A stretch of DNA of 64,000 nt from Octopus sinensis (taxonomy: Eukaryota): positions 25,432,464-25,496,463 of the forward strand of contig NC_043011.1 in the NCBI RefSeq assembly GCF_006345805.1, given 5' to 3'. Position 1 is the stretch's first letter; each line of letters opens with the position of its first letter. A program made the position numbers and the translations under genes. Positions 25,905 through 38,445 of this stretch are shown piece after piece. The notes under the pieces are model-generated. The model was not told the origin of the DNA. It saw only the letters and a program-made list of their open reading frames with translations, and did no database searches.

Positions 25905-28867
25905 CACACACACACACACACACACATACATACAATGGGCTTCTTTTCAGTTTCTGTCTATAAAATCCACTCACCAGGCTTTAGTCAGCTTGGTACTATA
26001 GTAGAAGACACTTGTTCATAGTACCACAAAGTGGGACTGAACCTAAAAACCATTTTTCACACGGCCACACCTGTGCCTATTCTGAAATTTAATGCCTGAA
26101 TAAATCAGGGAAATTCATCCAGTTTAAGTTGTAAAAAAGAATACATACATATATAGGCGCAGGAGTGGCTGTGTAGTAAGTAGCTTGCTTACCAACCACA
26201 TGGTTCTGGGTTCAGTCCCACTGCATGGCACCTTGGGCATGTGTGTTCTACTATAGCCTAGAGCCAACCAAAACCTTGTAGACGGAAACTGAAACATATA
26301 TATATATATATGTACACATATGTGTATGTGTGTCTGTGTTTGTCCCCCCCCCCAACATTGCTTGACAAAACGATGCTGGTGTCATTATGTTCCCATAGCT
26401 TAGTGGTTTGGCAAAAGAGACCAATAGAATAAGTACTAGGCTTACAAAGAATAAGTCCTGGGATCAATTTGCTTGACTAAAGGCAGTGCTCCAGCATCGC
26501 TGCAGTCAAATAACTGAAACAAATAAAAGAATATAAATATGAAAATAAATTCTCACTGAAATATACCTAATTAAAAATCTTTGGTTTCTTGATTTCTAAA
26601 CTTTTTCCAGCTAAAACATTTAATCTTCTTTGATCATGTTTGCTTTCGAGAATAATTGTTTAACTGTTTTATCTTTATTATGAGAAAAATTCATACGACT
26701 TAATTGTTAAGCATTTTAATATTTGTAGTTCTCATGAAGCAGAGAACTGGCAAAATCGTTAGTGGCATTTCATCCAATTTTACATTCTGGGTTCAAATTC
26801 TGCCAGGATTGACTTTGCCTTTCATCCTTTCAGTACTAGTTGAGCACTTAGGCCAAAGTAATCGACTTACCTCCTCCTCCCCCGAAATTGCTGGCCTTGT
26901 GCCAGAATTTGAAACCAATATTTGTAGTTCTCATACAGCTGTGAGAAACTTCATTCTTTTCTCACATCATTTGTTTAAACATGTTAGTAAATACTTCCCA
27001 CTTTCTTTTTATGTGATAGTTACTTTGTTATATGTTTTATTCTCATTGTCATCTTTTATTGATTATATTTCCATTAACCCATTGTGTGACACCTTGGGCA
27101 AGTGACTTCTACTACCACTCCAGGCTGACCAAAAGCTTGTGAGTAAATTTGGTAGGCAGAAACTGAAAGAATCCCAGTGTGTGTGTGAGAAGTGGTGTCT
27201 TCTTGTCTTGACATCACATAATTATTATAAACAAATGTCATACAGTCCTATGCATCCATTTCTATTATAGTCATTGCTTATTGATAAGTTCAATTGATTT
27301 TTTGCTACCATATAAATATATAATGGATGACTGATTGATTTAAAGTGCTTCAAACAAATATTCTGTCTACTACAATCTTCAAATATAAATACCAATTCCA
27401 ACTCTATATTATGAGTGATTCTTTTGCATTTATTGTCTGAAAACATGGTACATCATTTCGTTTTTAATCATCATCATCATCACCATTATCATTTTACTGT
27501 CCACTTTTCCATGATTGCATGGGTTGAACAGAGTTTATTGAGACAGGTTTTCCATGGTGGGATATCCTTCCTGGTTCCAGGCAAGGTATTTCCCCATAGC
27601 CAGACATGTTTTCACAAAATACTGGAAATGAATGACATTCATTTACTATTTACACAGTGTCAAGTCAAGAAGACACAAACATATACACACACATACATAT
27701 GTGTATACATACAAACACACATATATATAGACGAGTTTCCATATAGTTTTCATCTACCAGATCCACTCACAAGGCTTTGGCTAACCTGGGACTATAGTAG
27801 AAAACACTTATCTAAGATGTCACATGGTGAGACTGAACCCAAAACCATGTGGTTGGGAAGCAAACCTCTTAAACACACAGCAATGCCTGCTCCATAAACA
27901 TTTTCAATGTTTAAAAGAATGTCACCATGGTATTGCTAAGTATTGGAATCAAATCTTAGACAAACAAGTTCCACTACATCATCTGTTTGAAGATATTTTA
28001 CTTCACTCTTCTTTTTTGATATTGGCAAATTCTCATCAAAGGAATAAGGATTTCTTTAACATTTTATCTCTTAATATATGAATTAGCTTAAGACCGCAAA
28101 GTGGCAGAATTGTTAGCATGCCAGGTGATATACTTAGCAGCATTTCATCCATCTATATGTTCTGAGTTGACTTTGCCTTTCATCCTTTTGGGGTTGATGT
28201 AATCAACTTAGCTCCTCCCCCGAAATTGCTGGCCTTGTACCAAAGTTTGAAATCAATATATAAGTTAGCTTCTTTATTACCATTCATTCTGTTTGTCAAA
28301 ATGGTATATTGTGTATGAGGTAATGTATGGCGATGAACAAAAGAATGTATATCTTTTATCTTTTACTTGTACAGTTATTGTACAGTACACCACCTTGAAG
28401 TGTTTAGTCAAAGTGACTTTGGTACTTATTTTGAAGTCCGGTACACTGTTATGGAGATGTAAACAAACTAACATCAGTTGTCAAGTGGTGGTGGAACACA
28501 CAAATGATGGGCTTCCACTCAGTTTCAGTCTACCAAATCTGCTCACAAGGCATTGGTCAACTCAGAGCTGTTGTAGAAAACACTTACCCAAGGTGCTGCA
28601 CTGTAGGAGTGAACCCAAAACCACTTGGTTGCAAAGCAGACTTCCTAACCAATCAATGCCTATACCTGTATCACATATATTCTGTTGTTCTTGCTTTTAT
28701 TACAAATATTCATCTATATTTTCAATCATCAGAAATAGAGTGACTTGCAAAGAATCTGATAGTTGGAATAAAATATTTTAATGTTCTGTTGATCCTTTAA
28801 TAGTTATATTGTCCATAAAAGCAGGGAACCATCAGAAGTATTATTAAATTACTTATATTATTTAGAT

Positions 28868-29128
28868 CAGTGGTTTTCAATTGGGATCCACATAACCCTT
28901 TGGGGATCTACATAAGATTTTGTTGTTAGAATTTATGTGCAACAAATTGCTCATATTTTTACAATATTCAAAATATTTAAACAATTTTATACAATTCCTC
29001 GTAACGTTAATCATAAAAATTTAATAGTTTTTAGACTTTGAATGTCTATGAGGGTTTCCCCTCCACACAGGGGTAAAATAGGAATCAAAGGGGTCCATAG
29101 GTAAAAAAAAAATGGTTGAGAACCACTG
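28868..29128. mobile_element. hAT-superfamily MITE (261 bp)
   Basis: TIRs CAGTGGTTTTCAA / TTGAGAACCACTG, perfect 8-bp TSD ATTTAGAT (28860-28867, 29129-29136); mirror 49989-50247. Confidence 0.9.
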
Positions 29129-29331
29129 ATTTAGATACATCCATTAAGACAAGATTGAATTGTTTTGCCTTTTTATCATTCATTTCATGAACCCATAATT
29201 AATTGCAGTTCCTTGAACTGCATCTTTCTCCTATAGGAAAATGGTTGTTGCCCATGTATAAAAAAATGCAATAATTGTATTCTTCAGAACACCATCAGAC
29301 AATCTTTTGTCAACCACTAATATTATATTAA

Positions 29332-29541
<210 letters not shown>

Positions 29542-29806
29542 TGATGGGTTTCTGAAAAATATCTATCCCCACTTAGATGTGGATGTTCTGGTAGATACCA
29601 CAAGGGAAACTCTCATTTTGGCTTTTGGTGCAGTCAAGCAGCCATCATTGAAAAGATCAAGGAAGGTCAAAATTGTGTGATCTGATGGTCTTGGCACAGG
29701 AGATGTCTCCTCGCTGGTGATATAAGCAAGAGTACAAAAAGGCAATATGAGAGTTTCTTACATTATTTACATTTGACGGATATTTGTCCTCCTCTTGTTT
29801 GTTGCT

Positions 29807-29852
29807 AACACAACATTTCAGCTGATATACCCTCCAGCCTTCGTCAGGTGTC
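29807..29852 (-). ncRNA. Minimal type I hammerhead ribozyme motif (inverted arm)
   Basis: Minus strand GACAC CTGACGA A GGCTG gagggtatat CAGCT GAAA TG TT GTGTT. Confidence 0.7.
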
Positions 29853-30126
29853 TTGGGGAAACCAAGCCAAACACTCAGTATGCTCTGTAAAGTGGTTGGC
29901 ATAAGGAAGGGCATCCATCCATAGAAACCAAGCCAAAATTTCGAACCTGGGTTCTCATTCCTAAGGTATTTTTCTCCATAATTAATTGCCGATGGGCATA
30001 TGGCATAGTGGTTAAGAGTGCGGGCTACTAACCCCAAGATTCCAAGTTCTAAGCAGTGATCAGAATAATAATACTAACATCAAAAAATACCTTAGGAATG
30101 AGAACCCAGGTTCGAAATTTTCCCAA

Positions 30127-30172
30127 GACATCTGATGAAGGCTGGAGGGTATATCAGCCGAAACATTGTGTT
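30127..30172 (+). ncRNA. Minimal type I hammerhead ribozyme motif
   Basis: GACAT CTGATGA A GGCTG gagggtatat CAGCC GAAA CA TT GTGTT. Confidence 0.72.
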
Positions 30173-30509
30173 AACAACAAACAAGATGAGGACAAATATC
30201 CATCAAATGTAAGTAGCATACATAATTCCTCATCTCTTAAATATAGAACTGTATGAGAGTTTCTCTTATGGTAACTATTGCTGTATAGTTCTAACAAAAC
30301 ATCCATGTTTAAGTAGGAATAAATATTACTTTTTGATATTAATACTGACTCTGTTACTAATATACATTTCTGAAAAACATATATATCCTCTTATAAGTTG
30401 GAGCAGTTATGTTTCCAGCTAGATATTCTTTTTATTTTCTAATGTAACCACTGAGAGATGAAATATGAACTAATACTTTTATTGAGTGTTACTTGGGTGG
30501 TTTTATGTA

Positions 30510-30706
30510 AACAATCCAGAGAATCCTTGTCCGGTATCAGATTGATCCCCAAATCTAATCAGTTTGTGCCAGTCATGAGGCCAAACATCCCTGAAAGTTT
30601 CATCCAAATCCATCCAGTGTTTCTTGAGATATCTTGTCCACAGACAAACAAACAAACAAACACAACTGAAAACAATACCTCCGCCTTCGCTAAGGCAGAG
30701 GTAATA
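30510..30706 (+). mobile_element. HINE/DINE-like (Helentron-associated) non-autonomous element fragment
   Basis: (ACAA)n tract followed by terminal hairpin TACCTCCGCCTT cgct AAGGCAGAGGTA. Confidence 0.55.
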
Positions 30707-31599
30707 ATCATGTTGTTTTTGTGGGTGGGTTGTTTTTTGGCAGTAATGTCCATTTTCTTTGGATAAGTATTACAAAACAAATGTTAGTAAAAGAAATGGA
30801 CTCAAATTTGGTTGAAATGACCCTAGCTTATTACTGGATACCTTACGTTGCTTGCATTATTAAAAAAAAAAAATTGTAATTTATTACTGAGAAAATCTCT
30901 GCATTTTCACAATTTTATAACCCAAAATTCATTTTACATTTACATCTGGGTCTTAATAATGATCATATTTAGGGAATTCCCACACCTTAAATTTTGAACT
31001 GAATGACTTTCAACAAATGAATCAGCTTTTGAGTTTATGTACTTCTTGTGGTTTTATTTTGATTCTTCTCTAATAGAAATAGAGGAGCTGTTGCCTTTAT
31101 GTACATTGTTTCTTTTCCCCTAATTGTTAGGTTTACTTAAAATGCTATATTTAGATATTTATTTTACATGTAATTAAAGGCAATAATATAAAATATGATT
31201 TTATTAGTGTCACTTTTTACATAAATTCTACTTTGAAGTCTCTTTAATTTGTTTTCTGCATTTTTTTTTTTTTAACTGAGTCAGACATGCTAGATTCCTT
31301 AAAGATATATGTTCAACTATACACCTAAGCCATTCAATTAATGCAATACTTGTACTTTTGTTAGCACCCACAACCTCTTTTGTGAGATATATGAAGCTAT
31401 GAATAATCTCATGCATTGTTATGTGCTGTCAGCTATGAATAACAAATTTTTCTTTTGCAATCCTATTTTAGTCACAGTTTCTTTGTGTAGCTTAAGTTTG
31501 TTTATTCCAATTTAACCATGTCTACAAATATAACTCATTCGCTGTTCTTACATATAATAACTATCATTCCTATAAGGCTTTGAAGAATGGATTCAGCAT

Positions 31600-31645
31600 T
31601 TGTAGCTGATGATGCCCAACATGCAGAAATGCATGCATCCTATGG
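31600..31645 (+). ncRNA. Type I hammerhead ribozyme motif, intact core
   Basis: TTGTAG CTGATGA TGC ccaacat GCA GAAA TGCATGCA TC CTATGG: three helices and AUC cleavage triplet; mirror ~47413-47458. Confidence 0.68.
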
Positions 31646-32919
31646 TTCGTAAGTTATCTTTGAATGGGAGACTTTGTGTGAATACTTGCAAGAAAGTGGA
31701 CTCTGCTAAAGGCACCCTAGGGCCAGGCAGTGGTGTTAAATCTTATGCAAAAGCTCAAGTTACTATCCAAACACAGCTATAGTCCATGCAACTTGCTTCT
31801 GTAAAGTTTCCATTTACCTAATTTCACTCACAATGCTTAGAACAGCCTTGGTCAAGGAACCACACAATGGGATTGAACCTGGAACCATGTGATTATGAAG
31901 CTAATTTATTTATCATAACCGCATAGCCATGCTTTGTGCTATATGGAAACAAAGGAAATATAATCTCTTAATTTATACTTAGTTAGAAAAATGTATATAA
32001 TCTCCAAGGAAACAATTTTTCATTAGTGTTCAGCCCATTGTACTCAAGCAAAATAAAAATCTGAATTAATGTGGTGGACAAAAAAAAAAAACAACTTATT
32101 TCTTTTATAAATATAGTTGCTTTTTATTTATTTCTATTCCAAACTCATTCAGAAAGCTTTTGAACAAATTCTTTTAAGACTCTTTATAAACTATAGCCTC
32201 TTGGTCGTCTGGCTACTTTTTTTTCTTTTTTTTTTTTTTTTTTGTAACCTAGAATTTTTCATATCTTTACTCTTAATAATTACCTTGATAATTTATCCTT
32301 ACTTCTGCTTCAAACTTTCACAGCAATAACATGACTGGACAGGACAGTCTGGTTATTGCTGTTTCACTTCCATGACTAGTACTACTGCATTTCCCATTAA
32401 TATAAATTACTCTTATCTTCTTAAATTTTTTTTTTATTCTTAAATCATTCATCTAATCAGACATTGTTACTAACTTTACCTAAACTGTTTTTTTAGATAT
32501 TTCAGTTTCCATCATACTAAATTTACTCTAAGTTTTAGTTTTCATTTTGCAACTTCTTGAAATTTAAATAATTATTATTATTATCATTATTATTATTATT
32601 ATTTACTGCAAGTTGGCAGGGTCGTTAGCATGCCAGACAAGATCTTTAGTGGCATTTTGTCCATCTCTGTTTTCTGAGTTCAAATTCCATCAAGGTCTAC
32701 TTTGCTTTCATCCTTCAGGGATCGACAAAATAAGTAGTAGTTTAGTACTGGAGTCGCTGTAATCAACTAACCCACTTCATCAAAGTTGCTGGCCTTGTGC
32801 CAAAATTTGAAATAATTACTACTACTACTACTATTAGTACAGAATTAATCCTGAAGAAGAACAGTCATAGAATCATTAATGTTTTGATGAAAATTTACAA
32901 AGCTTCTTTTATTATTCAG

Positions 32920-33032
32920 GAAACCACAAGGGTGTCTACATGGCTGCTGGCTTTACCAACGTCAAAGAGTACCGATATTGGGATGCTCAAACCAGAAGCT
33001 TAGATATTAATGGCATGGTTGAAGATCTTAGT
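32920..33032 (+). CDS. GOT1: Aspartate aminotransferase, cytosolic, exon 4
   Basis: (G)NHKGVYMAAGFTNVKEYRYWDAQTRSLDINGMVEDLS; CAG/GTAAG flanks. Confidence 0.95.
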
Positions 33033-34017
33033 GTAAGATATTTTGCTTATTATTATGATTATGAAAATAACATTTTCTTTGGCAGAATCGAGAAAGAATT
33101 AGTGTCTTCATTTTTTTCATTTGATAGTTGGAAATAATTGTCACTGTCATACAAGCAGAGTCATTCTTTCCCAATATTCTGGTGACTGGAAGGACATCTG
33201 CCTCAATAAATTCTGTCCAACCCATGCAAGCATAGAAAAATGGACATTAAAAAAATGATAATGATGTGGTCGAATATCTCTGGTTTCAGTCTCAAAATTG
33301 TTTGGTAAATGTTTTAACTTCAATTCAGCCTACCTTGCTTCATTGAAAATAAATACCAGCATCATTTTGTAGCAGTGGTTGACACTTTGAAAGAAATCTA
33401 CACAAAATTACCTCTTAGAGAAATTCCAGGCACAGGCATGGCTGTGTGGTAAGAAGTTTGCTTCCCAACCACATTGTCTCAGGTTCAGTCCCACTGCATG
33501 GCACCTTGGACAAGTATCTTCTATTATAACTTCAGTTTGACCAAAACCTTGTGAGTGGGTTTGATAGATGGAAACTCAAAGGAAACTATTGTGTGTGTGT
33601 GTATGTGTGTGTGCACGCACATGTGCTATTGTCTCTTTGCCTTGACATTGTGTGATAGTTATAAATGAATAGCACCATCACGCAAGCAGTGTCCCTCATT
33701 TCCAGTCTTTCATAAAAAACATGTCTGGTCATGGGGAAATATTACCTTACTTGGAAACAGATGAGGGCTGGTAACAGGAAGGGCATCCAGCCATAGAAAA
33801 ACCTGCCTTGACTAATTCCATCCAACCCATGCAAGCATGGAAAAGTGAACATTAAGAAATAGGGGGGTAACCCATAATGCCTAGATTTCTGCAGGGGTGT
33901 GAATGTTTACAGAAAAAATTTACCACTATATGCATGTTTTGGGGAATGTGAAAGGGGTTAACTGATCCTATTCAAATGAAATAAAATCATTATGCATCCA
34001 TGTATATTCTTAATATG

Positions 34018-34340
34018 TGGAGGCATATGGCTCAGTGGTTAGAGTGTTGGGCTCACAATCATGAGGTGGTGAGTTTGATTCTTGGACCAGGCTGGGTATT
34101 GTGTTCTTGAGCAAGTTACTTTATTTCATTTTGCTCCAGTTCACTCAACTGTAGAAATGAGCTGCAATGTCACTGGTACCAAGCTGTATCAGCCTTTTCC
34201 TTTCCCTCAGATAACATCAGTGGTGTGGTGAGGGGAGGCTGGTATGCATAGGTGACTACTGGTCTTCCATAAACAACATGGCCCAGACTTGTGCCTCAGA
34301 GGGTAACTTTCTTGGTCATTTATGACTAAAGGAGGTCTTT
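34018..34340 (+). mobile_element. tRNA-derived SINE, family C (related head at ~35155-35450; tail fragment 6181-6300)
   Basis: TGGCTCAGTGGTTAGAG A box, GAGTTTGATTC B box, tail ...GGTAACTTT...CATTTATGACTAAAGG. Confidence 0.7.
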
Positions 34341-34634
34341 ACCTATATACTTAATACTTTGTTTGGAACTTCTCTAAATGTTAAACATTTGAACAATAAC
34401 AGACCAGCTACCTAATAAAGTCAAGTTTTTATTAATGGTCTTCTTTATATTTTTTATCTTTGTTGTGATTTATTTCAGAAGTTTTTACACCTATTCTGCA
34501 TCAGATAAATAATTTTATTAATAATTCCAAATTGAGATTTGGCTTAAGCCATTCTCAATATTTTGTAAGATCTTTCTTCTCAGATATAACTTCATATGGC
34601 AAAGATACTAAAAAGGTGTTGTGGGCTGAGATAA

Positions 34635-34865
<231 letters not shown>

Positions 34866-35792
34866 TGAAACGGTCAAAATATTAATGAAAATAAAATTAG
34901 AGACCAACAAAAACTAAGGACAGTTTATATCAAGTAAAATCAGATAAGATTCAAAGGTGTCACAAGAAGATGGTGAATACTATATAATGTCTTTTGTAGG
35001 CTTTTCTTTGGAGAAGATAAGAAAACTGTCAGACTTCCCATATCTTCCCCAAAGGAGAGTTCTGTCATATGCAGAAGGATCCACCTCTCCTTATCACAGC
35101 ACCGTCTTATTCCATTTTGTGACCTGCATTTTTGAATACACACACATCACACACTAAGTATGGCTTAATGGTTAGGGTATTCAGCTCATAATTGTAAGGT
35201 TGTGAGTTTGATTCCTGGTGACATGTTGTGTCCTTGAGCAAGATGCTTTATTTCACATTGCTCCAGTCCACTCAGCTGGCAAAAATGAGTTGAACCTGTA
35301 ATTCAATAGGCCAGCTTTGTCACATTCTGTCTGTCACACTAAATCTCCCTGAGAACTATGTTACAGGTAGACATGTCTGTAAAGTGCTTGGCCACTTGTA
35401 AGTTAATTTTGCCAGCAGGCTGTTCCATTAATCAGATCAGTTGGAACCTTTGTCCTTTTTTTTATTGCTGATTTACAGTTTCTTTTTGAATAAAAGATCA
35501 AACTATGATTTAATTCCAAAGTGATTACCTTTCATAATTAAGAAGCTTGCTTCCCAAACATGTGGGCTCTGGTTCAGTTGCACTGGGCAAGTGTCTTCTA
35601 CTATAGCCCATGCTGACCAGATCCTTGTGAGTAGATTTGCTAGGTAGAAACCAAAAGAAGCCCATCATGTGTGTATACCCTAGTCTAGATATCATGTGGT
35701 GTTTGTAGATGAGCATCATTGTCCTACAAGCAAGATTATTTCTTTCAAATCTTTCATGTAAAACAAGTCTGGTAGCATGAAAATAATATACC

Positions 35793-36022
35793 CATTTCTT
35801 TACTACCCACAAGGGGCTAAACACAGAGGGGACAAATAAGGACAGACAAACGGATTAAGTCGATTACATCAACCCCAGTGCATAACTGGTACTTAATTTA
35901 TCGACCCCGAAAGGATGAAAGGCAAAGTCGACCTCGGCGGAATTTGAACTCAGAACGTAGTGACAGACGAAATACTGCTGAGCATTTCGCCCGGCGTGCT
36001 AACAATTCTGCCAGCTCGCCAC
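35793..36022 (-). mobile_element. Family A SINE, near full length
   Basis: Close match to 655-885. Confidence 0.85.
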
Positions 36023-36218
36023 CTTGCTTGGAAACAGGTGAGGGTTGATGACAGCAAGGGCATCCAACCATAGTAAATCTGCCGCAACAAAATTCATCTA
36101 ACTCATGCAAGCATGGAAAAACAAACATTAAATGATGATGATGACAACAACAGTATCTGGTTGTAGAAAATCTGCGTCAAAAATTGTCTGCCCCATGCAT
36201 GTATGGCTTAGTGGTTAG

Positions 36219-36518
<300 letters not shown>

Positions 36519-37150
36519 TAACTGGTAAACATTCTGCTATTTTCAGTAACGATATATATCTGTGGAACTGCTATTTCCATGTTTTCTGTAATATAATAGA
36601 TACATATATTGACACAGGTGTGGTTGTGTGGTTGATAAGCTTACTTTCCAACCATGTGGTCTTGGTGCAGTGCCACAGTGTGAAACTTTGGGAAAGTGTT
36701 GTCTATTATATAACCCTCAGTTGTTGAGCTTCATGGAGGCAATGCCAAGTTAGCAAGACTTCTGGTATTTTGTTGTGCTTGAAAAGATACGTTGAGCTAA
36801 GTGAATCATGGTCATTTCCAGTGCCAGTGACACATGTAAAGTACCCATGCTAGTGCCACTTTGAAGAAATCCAGGCCTGTGACACATAAAAGACACATGT
36901 AAGAAACACTCAGTATGCTCTGTAAAGTGGTCGGCATTAGGAAGGGCATCCATCCATAGAAACAAGCCCAAAACAGACGACTTGAGCCTGGTGCAGCATT
37001 CCAGCTTACCAGTTCTAGTCAAACTGTCTAACCTGTAGCAATATCGTCTCTCATTGCTATCTTCACTGTTTGAGAAGAGTATTAAGAATGACCTCGGTCG
37101 AGATTACAAACAGCTTTGGCTAGTTTAACATTGTTGTAAACACTAATTCG

Positions 37151-37298
37151 ATTGGCTGACACGTTGGTCTCTACTACGCTCGCACCGCTGGTATAACTTG
37201 GCGCAAAATGTCTCGACTTATTTTCGCGCAATAGTCCAAGCAGCCAATCACAGCTTTCCATTCTGAAGTTCACTGGGAGCCTGGTGAAGCTTATAAAA
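37151..37298 (+). promoter_or_regulatory. Pol II promoter within LTR-like unit (CCAAT, E2F-like, TATA)
   Basis: ATTGG 37151, TTGGCGCAAAA 37198, TTTTCGCGC 37221, CCAAT 37244, TATAAAA 37292. Confidence 0.6.
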
Positions 37299-37320
37299 CA
37301 AGGTTCTCAGAAAAAAATAT

Positions 37321-37524
37321 TCGTCTTAGGTTTCCAGTCCTTCTCAGGGCGAACCTCTGACCACACAGAGCTCGTCTTAGGTTTCCAGTCCTTCTCAGGG
37401 CGAACCTCTGACCACACAGAGCTCGTCTTAGGTTTCCAGTCCTTCTCAGGGCGAACCTCTGACCACACAGAGCTCGTCGTAGGCTTTTAGTTCTTTTAAG
37501 AACTAAGTCTCTGACCACACAGAG
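37321..37524 (+). repeat. 51-bp tandem repeat, 3 exact + 1 diverged unit
   Basis: TCGTCTTAGGTTTCCAGTCCTTCTCAGGGCGAACCTCTGACCACACAGAGC; also at 38733-38934 (+), 40140-40342 (-), 41552-41753 (-). Confidence 0.95.
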
Positions 37525-38445
37525 AATACTCGACCAAGTTCCAGTTTCGAGGCAGGCGACCACCATTAATACAAGATGTTACAGATACCTAACATACTGT
37601 TAGTGTGAAATATCACCATGAAGAAAACGGTTACAAGATATCTATAACTAGAGAAAAATAACCAAGCAGAACATATGATGAAGAAGCAGCAAGAACCAAT
37701 CGACAAACATCGAAGATTTAAATTGTACACGAGACAACTACAGATTCAACTATAGCGGTTAGGTGAAATTCTCGCCACGAAGAAAACGGCTACAGTAACA
37801 TGTCTGGAAGTATATTCATATCAAGAGAAAGATAAACACAACGAGTGATTCAATTAATCTCAACTGCGACATGCAATATCTTGATATGGGACTCTACGGT
37901 GTAACCTCATAAACGGTAAATCAATTATCTGTTTCTTGGGTTCTAGTTTCTTCTAAGAACTACCTTAAGCCATCTGTAATTACCTGTTGCCAAGTCGATA
38001 CCAACAACATTAACTGTGAATCAAATCCCATCGACAATTCACTGGTCAGTACCTTTTTACGCCTAACGAACACACAGACACAAAAACATGCGAACACTTA
38101 CAAACTTCCAACATCAAACATGATTGTAAAATATGTAAAATAAATAATGTATATATCTTAAAAAGAAATCTTGTTGTCATTCCAAACTTATGTGTATGCC
38201 GCCTGCATGTAAAGATAGTCAGTAAAATATATTATTAAGAATCGGTCAGTACCTATTTTTATACTGGTGACCCCTTTAATACGCAGGACTTCTGATATAC
38301 TGCGCGGCCACGGTAGACATAAGTTACGGAATTCACAAGAGAACGCTGAAAGATGAACTTTTAAGAAAACCAAAAAATAGATATATATAATAATGTCAAT
38401 TTTATCGCCGTTTGTCGTAGACAAAACGTCTGGCAAGAGGCTATA

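Larger units (their letters stand above)
29759..30251 (+). mobile_element. tRNA-head, hammerhead-tail retroelement with inverted 5' copy of the tail
   Basis: 13-bp direct repeat TATGAGAGTTTCT at 29746-29758 and 30252-30264; inverted arms 29767-29973 / 30082-30212; A box TGGCATAGTGG 30001, B box GTTCTAAGC 30046; mirror 48867-49358. Confidence 0.75.
37034..38445 (+). mobile_element. LTR-like unit 1 (1412 bp)
   Basis: Starts TGTAGC, ends GCTATA (imperfect terminal IR); promoter motifs, AATAAA near 38139; interrupts a common repeat; mirror 40629-42042. Confidence 0.65.

Noticed and set aside
29994-30055. Functional tRNA gene
   Set aside because: No acceptor stem or intact T arm; it is a SINE-type head inside a TSD-bounded insert
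37321-37524. CRISPR-like array of palindromic CTCTGACCACACAGAG repeats
   Set aside because: Intervening sequences are identical, not unique spacers; eukaryotic context and no cas genes
37284-37566. ORFs with 17-aa repeats on both strands
   Set aside because: Consequence of a 51-bp repeat; frames are not preserved between unit copies
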